Position numbers and translations under genes: made by a program
Shown here: positions 1-10,011 of the stretch, in pieces
Layout of the letters: the number at the start of each line of letters is the position of its first letter
Position numbering within the stretch: position 1 is the stretch's first letter
DNA from: Bacteroidota bacterium
GTDB taxonomy: Bacteria > Bacteroidota > Bacteroidia > Palsa-965
Assembly: GCA_031412295.1 (NCBI GenBank)
Contig: JANOCU010000031.1
Span: 66,330-130,329 of the forward strand
Direction: 5' to 3'
DNA length: 64,000 nucleotides
The notes under the pieces: model-generated
What the model was told of the DNA's origin: nothing
Database searches by the model: none
What the model saw: only the letters and a program-made list of their open reading frames with translations

Positions 1-241
1 GAGGAATAACAGGTTGTTGCACCGGCGGCGGAACTACCGGCGTGTGATAGTGCGGTTGTGGTGGAATGAATGGTTGGGGCGGGGGAGTGAATTGCGGCGG
101 TGGTGGTGTGTAAGTTGGTTTCTCAACAAAAAAATTACTCTCCTGCAAAAGTGTATTAAGCGACATTAATTCTTTCCTGATCTCTTCTGTCTTATAGTAA
201 AGATCATTCAGTTTCTTTCGTACTTCTTTTTTGGGATCCAT
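1..241 (-). CDS. Partial (runs off the window) protein with N-terminal coiled segment and Pro-rich linker, possibly the N-terminus of a DUF2339-like membrane protein
   Basis: Not in ORF track. Manual translation from ATG at 241: MDPKKEVRKKLNDLYYKTEEIRKELMSLNTLLQES...TPPPPQFTPPPQPFIPP, open to base 1. Family guess is weak. Confidence 0.65.
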   Translation of the reverse strand, partial: MDPKKEVRKKLNDLYYKTEEIRKELMSLNTLLQESNFFVEKPTYTPPPPQFTPPPQPFIPPQPHYHTPVVPPPVQQPVIP

Positions 242-714
242 ATTAGTTTAGCGTAGGTAAGTAAAGGGGATGTGATACGATAGGAACATCGTATAAAAAA
301 AAGCTGGAATGTTCCGGGAATTGCGCTACAGTCGTCGCTGCTTTTATACAACAGGTCTGAAGTGACACTGTTGCAAAAGGGAGATAGGAAATGAAAACCG
401 CGTTGTGTAGCATTTGTGGAAACAATGAACCGATTTTTGCAAGCCGAGCCATTATTCGTTGGCTGAATTATACGGGCCTGTTCACGCAGGGTTCCGAAAG
501 GTAATTCAATAACACTGACAGATTGACTGAAAAACCGTTTGCGAATTTTAGTAAAACCTATGTATGCATAAGATTTTCAGCCATTCATAAGGGTTCCAGG
601 AGTTCCGTTTCATAAAAAAATATCATTCTTAATAAATGCTAATTAAGAAAAACTGGCTAAAACCGGGTGAAACCACGTCTCATTATTCAGCCCGTTTCAC
701 ACTTTTTTTATTTC

Positions 715-722
715 TACCTTTG
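715..722 (+). promoter_or_regulatory. Bacteroidota sigma-70 -7 box (TACCTTTG) for the panD operon
   Basis: Exact TAnnTTTG consensus, 8 nt upstream of the panD ATG. Confidence 0.65.
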
Positions 723-730
723 TCCCCGCT

Positions 731-1084
731 ATGACAATTCAAGTGTTGAAATCCAAGCTGCACCGTGTCCGCGTTACACAAGCTGATCTTAATTATATCG
801 GAAGTGTTACCATTGATGAGAATTTGATGGACGCAGCTAACCTGATCGAAAACGAACAAGTTCATATTTTTAATTACCGTAATGGTGAACGCATCATTAC
901 CTATGTAATTAAAGGGGAACGCGGAAGTGGTGTTATTTGTCTTAACGGACCGGCCGCATTAAAATTCAATCCGAACGATGAAGTGATCATCATTTCTTAC
1001 GCAACGATGGATTTTGAAGAAGCAAAAAATTTCCAGCCACTGGTTATTTTTCCTGATTCGCAGACCAACCAATTAAAATCCTGA
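731..1084 (+). CDS. panD: Aspartate 1-decarboxylase
   Basis: KSKLHR..VTQADLNYIGSVTID (G-S self-cleavage site), NGERIITY, CLNGPAA. Confidence 0.97.
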   Translation: MTIQVLKSKLHRVRVTQADLNYIGSVTIDENLMDAANLIENEQVHIFNYRNGERIITYVIKGERGSGVICLNGPAALKFNPNDEVIIISYATMDFEEAKNFQPLVIFPDSQTNQLKS

Positions 1085-1087
1085 AGC

Positions 1088-2101
1088 TTGAATCCAAAGT
1101 TTCGCCAGGCGCTTCAATTCATTCTTTTCTTTGGCCTCGGCATCGGGCTGATGTATTGGCAATTCAGTGGATTTAACGAAACACAAAAAGAAGAATTTTT
1201 CACTGCGCTGCGCACGGCAGATTATAAATGGTTTGCTCTTGCTGTTTTTGTCGGCGCACTTTCTCATATGAGTCGCGCCATTCGCTGGCAGCAATTACTT
1301 ATTCCATTAGGTAAAAGAGCAGGACTCGGCAATCGGTTTTATGCGGTGATGGTTGGTTATCTCGCTAATTACGGATTACCACGATCAGGCGAAGTATTCC
1401 GTAGCGGATTATTAAAAAAAACAGACGACGTTCCTTTCAGTGAAGCATTCGGAACAGTTGTCGTTGAACGAATTGTTGATTCACTTTGTCTGCTTACTGT
1501 TTTTCTTTTCGTCCTCATTTTACAATTTTCACAGCTGCAAAAATTATGGCTGGAATATATCTGGAATCCTGCACAGATAAAAATTGAAGCGCTTTCGGAT
1601 AATTCGAATGCGATGATCATTCTTTTTACCTGCGGCGTAGTTTTTTTCCTTGCCATGTTTATGCTGCGGAAAAAGATCAGGAATTTTTTCAGCGGGAAAG
1701 TCGGTGCATTTTTCAAAGGCGTTAAGGAAGGTATCCTCGGCATTCGTAAAGTGCCGAAGCCCGGTTGGTTTATTTTTCATTCGTTATTTATCTGGACCGG
1801 TTATTTGCTTGCGCTTTATTTTTGCTTCAGGTGCTTTCCGCTAACTGAAAACATGAGCATGAACGATGCGCTGGCGATTTTACTTTTCGGAACTTTCGGT
1901 GTTGTATTTACTCCCGGTGGCATCGGTCTTTACCAGGTAATTGTAACAGGAATTATTGCCATTCTTCTGAATCTTGAAGAAGGTTCGCAGGCAGCAGCAT
2001 CGTATGCATGGCTCAGCTGGGGCTCACAAGTTGCGACGGTCATTATTTTTTTCGGAGTAGCAGTTATTTTCAAACCATTTTTTAACCGCATTTCAAAATG
2101 A
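1088..2101 (+). CDS. Lysylphosphatidylglycerol synthase TM / flippase-like (UPF0104) membrane protein
   Basis: RAIRW, GYLANYGLPRSGEVFR, GTVVVERIVD, TPGGIG motifs; multi-TM; TTG start. Confidence 0.85.
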   Translation: MNPKFRQALQFILFFGLGIGLMYWQFSGFNETQKEEFFTALRTADYKWFALAVFVGALSHMSRAIRWQQLLIPLGKRAGLGNRFYAVMVGYLANYGLPRSGEVFRSGLLKKTDDVPFSEAFGTVVVERIVDSLCLLTVFLFVLILQFSQLQKLWLEYIWNPAQIKIEALSDNSNAMIILFTCGVVFFLAMFMLRKKIRNFFSGKVGAFFKGVKEGILGIRKVPKPGWFIFHSLFIWTGYLLALYFCFRCFPLTENMSMNDALAILLFGTFGVVFTPGGIGLYQVIVTGIIAILLNLEEGSQAAASYAWLSWGSQVATVIIFFGVAVIFKPFFNRISK

Positions 2102-2619
2102 ATTATACTGAAATCATCAAGAACAAAATCTACACACGCGAGTCAATCAAACATCTGCTTGAGCGCATGCACTATTTCAAAAAGAAAGTAGTTTTTACCA
2201 ATGGATGTTTTGATATTCTCCACCTTGGTCACGTAGATTATTTAGCAAAAGCTGCAGACCAGGGAAATTATCTGGTTGTGGGATTGAACAGCGATGCTTC
2301 AGTAAAATTATTGAACAAAGGTGCGAATCGTCCGTTGCAGGATCAACAATCACGTGCGATGGTCGTTGCTGCGTTGGGTTTTGTGGATGCAGTAATTTTA
2401 TTCGATGATGAAAATCCAAAAGAGCTCATCGAATTTGTGCGTCCTGATGTTTTAGTGAAAGGCGCTGATTATAGTGTGGAAGAAAAAGATCCGAAAAGCA
2501 AAAAATACATTGTAGGTTCTGATTTTGTGAGTAAGAATGGTGGTGAAGTTGTGACGATTGAATTTGTTGATGGATATTCTACCAGCGCAATTGAAAAGAA
2601 AATTTCAGGTTCCAAATAG
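2098..2619 (+). CDS. rfaE2: D-glycero-beta-D-manno-heptose 1-phosphate adenylyltransferase
   Basis: VFTNGCFDILHLGH, GLNSDASV, PDVLVKGADY, GYSTS motifs. Confidence 0.92.
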   Translation: MNYTEIIKNKIYTRESIKHLLERMHYFKKKVVFTNGCFDILHLGHVDYLAKAADQGNYLVVGLNSDASVKLLNKGANRPLQDQQSRAMVVAALGFVDAVILFDDENPKELIEFVRPDVLVKGADYSVEEKDPKSKKYIVGSDFVSKNGGEVVTIEFVDGYSTSAIEKKISGSK

Positions 2620-2660
2620 AATTGATTTTTTTACTAAATTCCCTTACTAAACTTTCCCTA

Positions 2661-5036
2661 ATGAAAAAACTCTTACTTACTCTTTCGGTGTTCGCTGTTT
2701 TATGCGTTAAGCTTTCTGCGCAATGCCTTACCATTAATTGTCCTGCGAACATTGCAGTGAATAATGATGCATCAACCTGTGGCACAGTTGTAAATTATAA
2801 TCTGCCAAACGTAAGCTCTACTTGTGTCATAACAGCCACAGATACTTTTATTTATTCAGGCTCCATGCAAACGTATGTTGTTCCTTCAGGAGTCACTATG
2901 CTGACCATTGAAACCTGGGGAGCACAGGGCGGCGCGAATTGGGTGAACAATACCAATTTCGGTGGCTACAGCAAAGCAGATTTTCCTGTTACACCGGGTG
3001 AAACACTTTATTTATACGTCGGTGGACAAGCAACTTCAATCACCGGTGGTTTTAATGGCGGTGGAAATGGTGAAGGTGTTGGAAAAGGTGGTGGCGGTGG
3101 AACGGATGTTCGCCAGGGTGGCACAAGCTTAAACGACAGAATTATTGTTGGCGGCGGTGGTGGCGGCGCAGGATATTGGAGCAATTTACATGTTGTTGGT
3201 GGTGTAGGCGGCGGATTAACAGGTGGCGATGGTTACAGAAATTCAACTGCTGATCCGGGTGGATTAGGTGGTACACAAACAGGTCCGGGAGCAAGCGGAA
3301 CTTGTGTGTCATTTAATAATCCATCTGTTGCAGGAAGTTTTGGCCAGGGTGGTGCTCCTTCCGGATGCGGATGTGAAGGTTATGGCGGCGGCGGCGGATG
3401 GTACGGTGGTGCCGGAAGTGGAAATTGTCGCGGTGGCGGTGGTGGAAGCGGATACATTCTTCCGATTGCTTCCAATCCTTCAATGATGCAGGGAACAAGA
3501 GTTGGAAATGGAATGATTGTTATCGGAATTAATACCACATCCGTACCAACACTTAACCAAACAGCAGGACTTCCATCAGGTTCAACTTTTCCTGTTGGTA
3601 TCACGACAAACACATTTACAGCAAGTGATGCATTCGGAAATTCATCATCGTGCAGCTTTCTTGTAACCGTAAGCGATAATGAAGCTCCGGCTATCAGCAA
3701 TTGCCCTGCGGATTTTACAATGTGTGCAGGTGTTGTAACATTTGCAAACACAACAACTGCTATTGATAATTGTTCTACCGTAAACGTTACACAAACAGGC
3801 GGTCCGTTAACCGGCGATACATTAGCATCAGGAACATATATAGTAACCTATACCGCAACTGATCCGGCAGCAAACACTTCTACATGCAGCTTCACCATTA
3901 CAGTAAATCCAATTCCGACTGTTATCGCCAATGCAACAGCAACTACAATCTGCGACGGAGATGCTGTTACACTTTCAGGGACTGGTGCAACTTCTTATTC
4001 ATGGACTTCAAGCGTAACAGATAATGTTGCTTTCAATCCTGCTGCAACCGATACGTACACAGTAACCGGAACAGATGCAAATGGTTGTACTGCTACAGAC
4101 AATATCACTGTTACGGTTAACCCGCTTCCAACTGTTATTGCGAATAGCACAGCAAGTATAATTTGTGAAGGATCGCCGGTTACGCTTACAGGAAGTGGCG
4201 CTGTTTCTTATACATGGACAGGTTCAGTTACTGATAATGTTGCTTTCAATCCAACAGTAACTGATACGTATACAGTGACCGGAACAGATGCAAATGGTTG
4301 CACGGATACCGATGTTATTACAATTGCTGTTAATGCAGCTCCACTTGTTGTAGGTAATGCTTCGCAAACGGCAGTGTGTGACGGTTCACCGGTTACACTT
4401 TTCGGTAGCGGCGCAACTTCTTACACATGGACAGGAAGCGTAACTGATAATATTGCTTTCACGCCTGTTGCAACCGATACATACACAGTAACAGGAACCG
4501 ATGCGAATGGCTGCACGAATACAGATGAAATTACAATAACAGTAAACCCGATTCCTGTGGTGACACTTTCATTGTCGGCGTCTACAATTTGTTTGGACGA
4601 TGCAGATCTTGCGCTTACAGGCGGATCACCCGCAGGAGGAACATGGAATGGAACAGGAGTTACAGGAAGCAGCTTTGATCCAACAGTGGCCGGTGCAGGA
4701 ACAACTACAATCACTTATCTGTTTACGGACGCAAACGGTTGTGATGCATCAGCAACAGATAACATCAGTGTTGACGCTTGTGTTGGAATCACAGAACAAG
4801 GAATTAAAGTCTTCAGCATGTATCCGAATCCTGCAACAACAGTTTTCTCTTTTGTAACAGAAGAAAAAGGTTTATTGGTAATTATGAATGTGAATGGACA
4901 AGTTGTAAAAACTGAAAATATCACAAGCAATAAACAGGATATTGATGTGAATGAATTTGCAAACGGAACTTACTTGGTTCGGTTTATTACTGAGGATGGG
5001 AAAGTTTCTGAAGGGAAATTGATTATTCAGAAGTAG
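2661..5036 (+). CDS. T9SS-secreted surface protein: Gly-rich (ALK/LTK-like) domain, HYR domains, Ig-like repeats, type-A CTD
   Basis: Signal peptide MKKLLLTL..LSAQ (ATG 2661 preferred); WGAQGG plus GGGGG runs; SGSTFPVGITT..VSDNEAP HYR motif; YPNP..GTYLV CTD. Confidence 0.85.
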   Translation: MKKLLLTLSVFAVLCVKLSAQCLTINCPANIAVNNDASTCGTVVNYNLPNVSSTCVITATDTFIYSGSMQTYVVPSGVTMLTIETWGAQGGANWVNNTNFGGYSKADFPVTPGETLYLYVGGQATSITGGFNGGGNGEGVGKGGGGGTDVRQGGTSLNDRIIVGGGGGGAGYWSNLHVVGGVGGGLTGGDGYRNSTADPGGLGGTQTGPGASGTCVSFNNPSVAGSFGQGGAPSGCGCEGYGGGGGWYGGAGSGNCRGGGGGSGYILPIASNPSMMQGTRVGNGMIVIGINTTSVPTLNQTAGLPSGSTFPVGITTNTFTASDAFGNSSSCSFLVTVSDNEAPAISNCPADFTMCAGVVTFANTTTAIDNCSTVNVTQTGGPLTGDTLASGTYIVTYTATDPAANTSTCSFTITVNPIPTVIANATATTICDGDAVTLSGTGATSYSWTSSVTDNVAFNPAATDTYTVTGTDANGCTATDNITVTVNPLPTVIANSTASIICEGSPVTLTGSGAVSYTWTGSVTDNVAFNPTVTDTYTVTGTDANGCTDTDVITIAVNAAPLVVGNASQTAVCDGSPVTLFGSGATSYTWTGSVTDNIAFTPVATDTYTVTGTDANGCTNTDEITITVNPIPVVTLSLSASTICLDDADLALTGGSPAGGTWNGTGVTGSSFDPTVAGAGTTTITYLFTDANGCDASATDNISVDACVGITEQGIKVFSMYPNPATTVFSFVTEEKGLLVIMNVNGQVVKTENITSNKQDIDVNEFANGTYLVRFITEDGKVSEGKLIIQK
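3909..4547 (+). repeat. Three intragenic 213-bp (71-aa) tandem repeats
   Basis: Units P.PTV.AN....IC.G..VTL.G.GA.SY.WT.SVTDN.AF.P..TDTYTVTGTDANGC start near 3909, 4122 and 4335. Confidence 0.85.
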
Positions 5037-5055
5037 ATTTTGAAAAATAATTGAG

Positions 5056-5090
5056 AAGCGTCCCGGTAAATATATCGGGACGCTTTTTTT
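5056..5090 (+). terminator. Rho-independent terminator
   Basis: AAGCGTCCCG / CGGGACGCTT stem followed by a T-run, just after the T9SS gene. Confidence 0.85.
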
Positions 5091-5179
5091 AGTACTATGC
5101 CTGTGGTGACTCTACAACATTCTATTTTGCGCAGACAGAGGCGCGTTATTAAAAGCAGGTTTTACCACAGAAAGAATTA

Positions 5180-5476
5180 CTATTCTTTTTTAAATCTTTT
5201 TTTAGGTTGACGACCGGCATAAATGACGTTATAGACCACGACGGTTTCGGGCTCATTTTCAAATATAATTACATAAGGAAATCGCTTTAAACCCAACAAC
5301 CGAAAGTTTTTATATGTCTTTTGGCAGGATTCAGGATAACGGCTGAGAAATTCTAAGGTTCTTTCCCATTCATCTAAAAATGACACACCTAATCCTTGTT
5401 GTTGCTCTTCATACCATGCACATGCAAGCAACAAATTATTCGCAGCGAGATCGCGAACAACCAGTTCTTTGTTCAT
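5180..5476 (-). CDS. Type II TA toxin, RelE/ParE family
   Basis: 98 aa; WYEEQQQGLG..F, LKRFPYVIIF motifs; ATGA overlap with upstream small gene. Confidence 0.82.
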   Translation of the reverse strand: MNKELVVRDLAANNLLLACAWYEEQQQGLGVSFLDEWERTLEFLSRYPESCQKTYKNFRLLGLKRFPYVIIFENEPETVVVYNVIYAGRQPKKRFKKE

Positions 5477-5718
5477 TTCTTTAATTCGTTCAAAACCATT
5501 TTTCTTACTGCAGCAATTGAATGGTTTTTGCCTTTTCCGGACTTATATAATTTTCGTTCTTTATCAAGGATAGACTTTTCGGATAAACTAAGTTCATAAC
5601 TGCCCCCATAGCTTGACGCATATGTTTGAAACATTGCATACACAGCCTCGAGAAAACTTTCGTCAGGCATTGCATCAATGGATTTATGCAATTGCTTTTT
5701 AAGTGAGGTAGATTTCAT
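5473..5718 (-). CDS. Putative antitoxin (addiction-module component)
   Basis: Small gene directly upstream of and overlapping the toxin; LKKQLHKSID..DESFLEAVY and LS..EKSILD pattern; ATG 5718 preferred. Confidence 0.7.
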   Translation of the reverse strand: MKSTSLKKQLHKSIDAMPDESFLEAVYAMFQTYASSYGGSYELSLSEKSILDKERKLYKSGKGKNHSIAAVRKMVLNELKK

Positions 5719-5777
5719 ACTGTTATTTTGCCTACAAATATACAAATTTGGAAGGTTTGTTTTGAACTGGCTTCATA

Positions 5778-6497
5778 TTATTGAATCATCACACACTCTT
5801 CCGGAATCAAATTCTCTCCCCGAAATTTTTTCAAAATTTGCACAACCGTCAGCACATCTTTCTGGCAATAAGTAACGATTCGCTCCAGGTTTTTTTCTTC
5901 GTAATAAACTTTATGTACCATGCTGCCGTCGATATCATCTTTCGGAGTTGGTACGCCGAATAATGCTGCAAGCAAATTCAGTGAAGTATGATTTTTAAAA
6001 TCGCCGAACTTCCACATTTCCATTGTATCGAGGTGATTTACTTCCCACGGTTTTTTGCCGGATGTATTCAGCAAAGCAGGAATTTTTATTCCATGGATCA
6101 TCATACGTCGTGCGATCCAGGGGAAATCAAATTCCTTTCCGTTGTGCCCGCATAAACGATGATCGGCACCGCAAAAATGTTTGTTCAATAATTCCGCGAA
6201 GCCGAGCAACACCTGTTTTTCATCGTGACCATAAAATGATTTGATGCGGAATTGTTCTTTGCCGCCAACCGTTTTCAGGAAGCCAACAGAAATACAAATA
6301 ATCTTTCCGAACTCAGCGTAAATTCCTGCGCGACCGTATAAATTTTCAGGCGTATCGTCAGCGCTTTTTGTGATCAGCTGCGATTTTTTATCCCACAACT
6401 TTTTCCAATCATCAGGAACATCGGAATAAGTTGGAAACGCGGGAACAGTTTCAATGTCGAGAAAGAGAATGCATTCAAGGTTGAGGGAAGAGAGCAT
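5778..6497 (-). CDS. 3'-5' exonuclease (PolB-like DnaQ family)
   Basis: ExoI FLDIET, ExoII HNGKEFDFP, ExoIII YCQKDV. Confidence 0.9.
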   Translation of the reverse strand: MLSSLNLECILFLDIETVPAFPTYSDVPDDWKKLWDKKSQLITKSADDTPENLYGRAGIYAEFGKIICISVGFLKTVGGKEQFRIKSFYGHDEKQVLLGFAELLNKHFCGADHRLCGHNGKEFDFPWIARRMMIHGIKIPALLNTSGKKPWEVNHLDTMEMWKFGDFKNHTSLNLLAALFGVPTPKDDIDGSMVHKVYYEEKNLERIVTYCQKDVLTVVQILKKFRGENLIPEECVMIQ

Positions 6498-6591
6498 TGC
6501 TATGAATTTTACATAATTGTAACCAAAGCAAATATGGCTCTAAATATGCAATTCGCCAATGTAAAATTTCAACATCTTATCAAATGAAATC

Positions 6592-6993
6592 TCACCTGAT
6601 CATCACACCTTCCACATTCAGCAGCGGAACTTTTGTAAAATTTTTCGGGTTGATTGTTTCGGGAAGAAAAATATATTGCTTGTCGTAAATTTTATCGCCG
6701 ATGTAAAAGCTTACCCAATATTCATTTGTCAATCCGAATGTATCTTCCATGATTGGTTCCACACGTGTAAATTCGAGATCTGGAATCTCTTCGAAGAAAT
6801 GACGCAATACAGAAGTCTTTTTTACTTCACCATTCAATTCACCGTAACCTTTGGAAGTGACAATGACATTTTTAATCGGAACAATATGAAGATTCACGAG
6901 AAAAACATTCCAGATATTTTCTCCATCTTTTTCTTCCAGCACGATTGCCATTGCGATATCTTCTACTTCCGGACGTTCAATATCTTTTTTCAC
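6592..6993 (-). CDS. Conserved Bacteroidota hypothetical protein
   Basis: 133-aa ORF with GTG start, in line with neighbours; SKGYG..TSVLRH..NEYWVSF pattern; function unknown. Confidence 0.7.
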   Translation of the reverse strand: MKKDIERPEVEDIAMAIVLEEKDGENIWNVFLVNLHIVPIKNVIVTSKGYGELNGEVKKTSVLRHFFEEIPDLEFTRVEPIMEDTFGLTNEYWVSFYIGDKIYDKQYIFLPETINPKNFTKVPLLNVEGVMIR

Positions 6994-7041
6994 AATTGGT
7001 TTTGTTAGTCAGTACTGAATGATGAACTGCAATAACTGCTC

Positions 7042-9078
7042 CTAATTTATTTCCACTGCAAGAATTTTTCCTGTCAGCGGTTTTTTCGGATAAGGAATAT
7101 TTCTCTGATCATACGGTGCAGGAACCCACCATTCGGAATCATGAAATTCCTGGCTTACTACAAGGATCATTTGATTATCAGGAACAGCAGTTACTGTATT
7201 GTCCATGTAACCTACAACACGCAAATGCTGCTTATCAGGACCGATGCGCCAAACAATATGATCGGGAGTCCATTCAATTTCGTACCAGTAAAAAGGTCGT
7301 TTAAAAAGATCTGCATTTGGCTGCGGCGTTTTAATCGTGAGTGCCTGGTACCATGAATCCCAGCGGTGCAAATCAAATTTCCTGTTTTCAAAAACGAGCG
7401 GAACAATTCCTGTCACATAATTTTTCGGCTCGCGACAAGCCAAATCCCAATTCGTGCAAGCAACGGCAATATTATCTGTATTCGCAATATTATCATCGGC
7501 AGGCTGCGGCTTATCGCCATAAGAAGATTTCGGCCAGTTGCGCGACGACTTCATAATTTCAAAATCGATCTCGGAATAACTTTGCATTGGATAACGTGCA
7601 GCTTTTACTCCGCGGTTATCTGTTTTCGGAATATATCCGCCTTCACAGCTGCGGCGGCTGTTCCATTTTTCTTCATCCTGGTACAAGAGCCAAACCGCAT
7701 TCGTCAATCCATTCCAAACATGATCCTCGGAAAGCAACTCAGGAAATGCGATGCACATAGAGAATTTTCCATAGGTAAAACCCACACGCGATTTTACTCC
7801 TATGTTTTCTTTGCGATAAGGTGGCGCATCATTTCCCGGATTTGAAAGTGTGATGGAATGTTCTTCCGGATCAACTTTTACTGTTGAGCAAGGACGTGTT
7901 GTGCTTCGCAGATAATCCTGCACGCGCTCTTCTTTCGGATATTTATTCTTGTTCTCTTCGTACTGCGCACGCGTATAATTTTCTCCAACAACATCAGCAA
8001 CAACAGGAATGATAGGCAGAATATGTGATTTGTCTTCGTAGAAAAAATACTGCATGAATTGTGATTTGCGATATGCCATGCTATCCGTTCCGCAGGTTTC
8101 GCAATACGCAGTGGTGTCAATTCCCGACTGCATCAATTCAAACGGATTTACATAAACGCCAGCACCGGGATCGAGCTTTGCTTTTACAACAAGCTGCTCT
8201 TCGGCCACAACAACATTCACTGCATTGTTTTTACTGCCGGGTCCGTAGAGGAAATAATAAAACGGATTGATAAATCTTCCACCGGTTTCGCGTTCCGTAA
8301 TATTCCTGATCGAAGCAGGAAGCTCGTTCATCCCGCTTTCAGAAGTTACTACCAGAATAAATTTATAATTTCCTGTACGCGGATTTCTTTTCCAGCGGTT
8401 ATTTGAAATTTCGAGCTTACGATTATTATCAATTTGCCAGATTGCATCGCGGTACACTTGTTGATCTTGCGTTACACCATTTGCGCGCGCTTTTCTTTCC
8501 ACTTCCTTCATCCAGTTCGGCTGACTGCGGATGTAATTGATCATGTTGGAAATTTTCAACGCAGATAATCCGGCGCGATCGTCCTTACCAAAATACACTT
8601 CTTCATTCCGCGGGTTGCCGACAATGCGAAATGAATCAGTTATCGTCAGCTCATCGCCCCAGCTTAATTCATTTGTTGATTTAAATCCGTGGTCAATCTC
8701 TCCCCAGCTTCCGTAAAAATTTCTTACAGCATACGAATGTTCGTAATTGAATTTCCCGCTTTTTTCAAACTCAGGAAATTTATACGTTTCGTCCTGGTAA
8801 TAAATTTTGTAGTACAATTTTCGCTTCGTGAAGTATTGATTTTTCACATTGAAAGTAAATGTGAATTTTCCTCCCGGCAATTGTTTTACTGTTGGAATCT
8901 CAATGCCTTTATAAACGGCATCGGTGAGATCGACGGTAATTGTTTTGTCGGGAGATTTATAATTTGCGAACGGATGAAAATCATTTACGCGTATTCCCGC
9001 ACCGATTGCGCGAAAATATAAATAGCCACTTCCGCAAAGCAGTAAAATGATTCCGTAAATAATGAGTTTTTTGCGCAT
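7042..9078 (-). CDS. Membrane-anchored protein with C-terminal GH16-like (ConA fold) glycoside hydrolase domain
   Basis: N-terminal TM; YGKF, NAVWL, EIDFE (ExDxE catalytic motif), YEIEWTPDHIVW, VPDNQM. Confidence 0.7.
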   Translation of the reverse strand: MRKKLIIYGIILLLCGSGYLYFRAIGAGIRVNDFHPFANYKSPDKTITVDLTDAVYKGIEIPTVKQLPGGKFTFTFNVKNQYFTKRKLYYKIYYQDETYKFPEFEKSGKFNYEHSYAVRNFYGSWGEIDHGFKSTNELSWGDELTITDSFRIVGNPRNEEVYFGKDDRAGLSALKISNMINYIRSQPNWMKEVERKARANGVTQDQQVYRDAIWQIDNNRKLEISNNRWKRNPRTGNYKFILVVTSESGMNELPASIRNITERETGGRFINPFYYFLYGPGSKNNAVNVVVAEEQLVVKAKLDPGAGVYVNPFELMQSGIDTTAYCETCGTDSMAYRKSQFMQYFFYEDKSHILPIIPVVADVVGENYTRAQYEENKNKYPKEERVQDYLRSTTRPCSTVKVDPEEHSITLSNPGNDAPPYRKENIGVKSRVGFTYGKFSMCIAFPELLSEDHVWNGLTNAVWLLYQDEEKWNSRRSCEGGYIPKTDNRGVKAARYPMQSYSEIDFEIMKSSRNWPKSSYGDKPQPADDNIANTDNIAVACTNWDLACREPKNYVTGIVPLVFENRKFDLHRWDSWYQALTIKTPQPNADLFKRPFYWYEIEWTPDHIVWRIGPDKQHLRVVGYMDNTVTAVPDNQMILVVSQEFHDSEWWVPAPYDQRNIPYPKKPLTGKILAVEIN

Positions 9079-9162
9079 GAGGAAAAGCGAGAGCGAAGTT
9101 AAGAATTGCTGCTGATTTCGCTGCTGCTAAAATGCTTTGCGGGGTAAATGGAGAGGAAATAG

Positions 9163-10011
9163 TTAAGTCCGCTTGTTTTTTCGGTCTTGAGAGGGAAGAA
9201 TGGCCAAAGTTTCTGTGGAAGAGGGCAATGCAGGTTTTTCCGGTTTTGGTTTTTCCGGAAGAGCTGCCAGTGCTTTAAGGTTGACAGACTCATTAAGCTC
9301 CGAATTTCTCATGAATAATGTGCATGATTTATGATACAGAATATCCCATATTCCTAAATGCCAGATGTCAGGCTTTCTGTTTTTCATATCGATACAAGCA
9401 TCTTCTTTAAACGGTACGAAAGTTTCATTAGGACTGACACAAATGGCGCCCATGATCATAACGTAAGGTCCGCCCGTTGCGATCATTTCAATATTCGGAC
9501 GGGGCAGCAGCACATTTGTAATTATGGAATCCGCAGGAAGAACATTATTCGTCAGCGGTTCTGACGCAATATTAACTGAATCTGTTTTTGTTTTCGCAAG
9601 TTCTACAGAGTCAACTTTATTTTCGAGCGTTACCGGGTTAATAATAGAATCAATTTGCGAATGCGATTGTTTGTCTGCATTTACATAATCCACATATTGC
9701 GCTTTTGCCGACTTGCTGAATAATGAAAGTGAAAGCAGCGCAAGCACTCGCCACCAACCTGCTTTTCTTGTTTTTTCAGGAAGCAATTTTATCCGCCTGT
9801 TGAGCTGTTCATTTGAAAATACTCCGCAAAGATTTTGCCGGCTATGTTTGAAATACAACATCAATTCATCATCGCTCATTGCAGAAAAGTTGGTGATGAC
9901 TTTATCGCAGGAAGAACAATGCCGGCGTTCATTATCCACAGGCGACATTCCATCCCAGGGAACATGACATGGCTGCGGAATTGCAATTTGTAAATGTGTT
10001 GGCCGTGTCAT
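9163..10011 (-). CDS. Hypothetical exported protein with N-terminal Cys4 motif (paralog 2)
   Basis: IPQPCHVPW..M..RHCSSCDKV.NFS.MSDDE..CG, then hydrophobic segment ending AKAQ. Confidence 0.75.
   Translation of the reverse strand: MTRPTHLQIAIPQPCHVPWDGMSPVDNERRHCSSCDKVITNFSAMSDDELMLYFKHSRQNLCGVFSNEQLNRRIKLLPEKTRKAGWWRVLALLSLSLFSKSAKAQYVDYVNADKQSHSQIDSIINPVTLENKVDSVELAKTKTDSVNIASEPLTNNVLPADSIITNVLLPRPNIEMIATGGPYVMIMGAICVSPNETFVPFKEDACIDMKNRKPDIWHLGIWDILYHKSCTLFMRNSELNESVNLKALAALPEKPKPEKPALPSSTETLAILPSQDRKNKRT

Noticed and set aside
3000-3460. GGT/GGC-rich tract as a DNA repeat or collagen-like region
   Set aside because: Explained by the coding Gly-rich domain; no Gly-X-Y periodicity
5100-5760. 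TA pair as part of a prophage or integron
   Set aside because: No integrase, att sites or phage genes adjacent; appears to be a solitary chromosomal module
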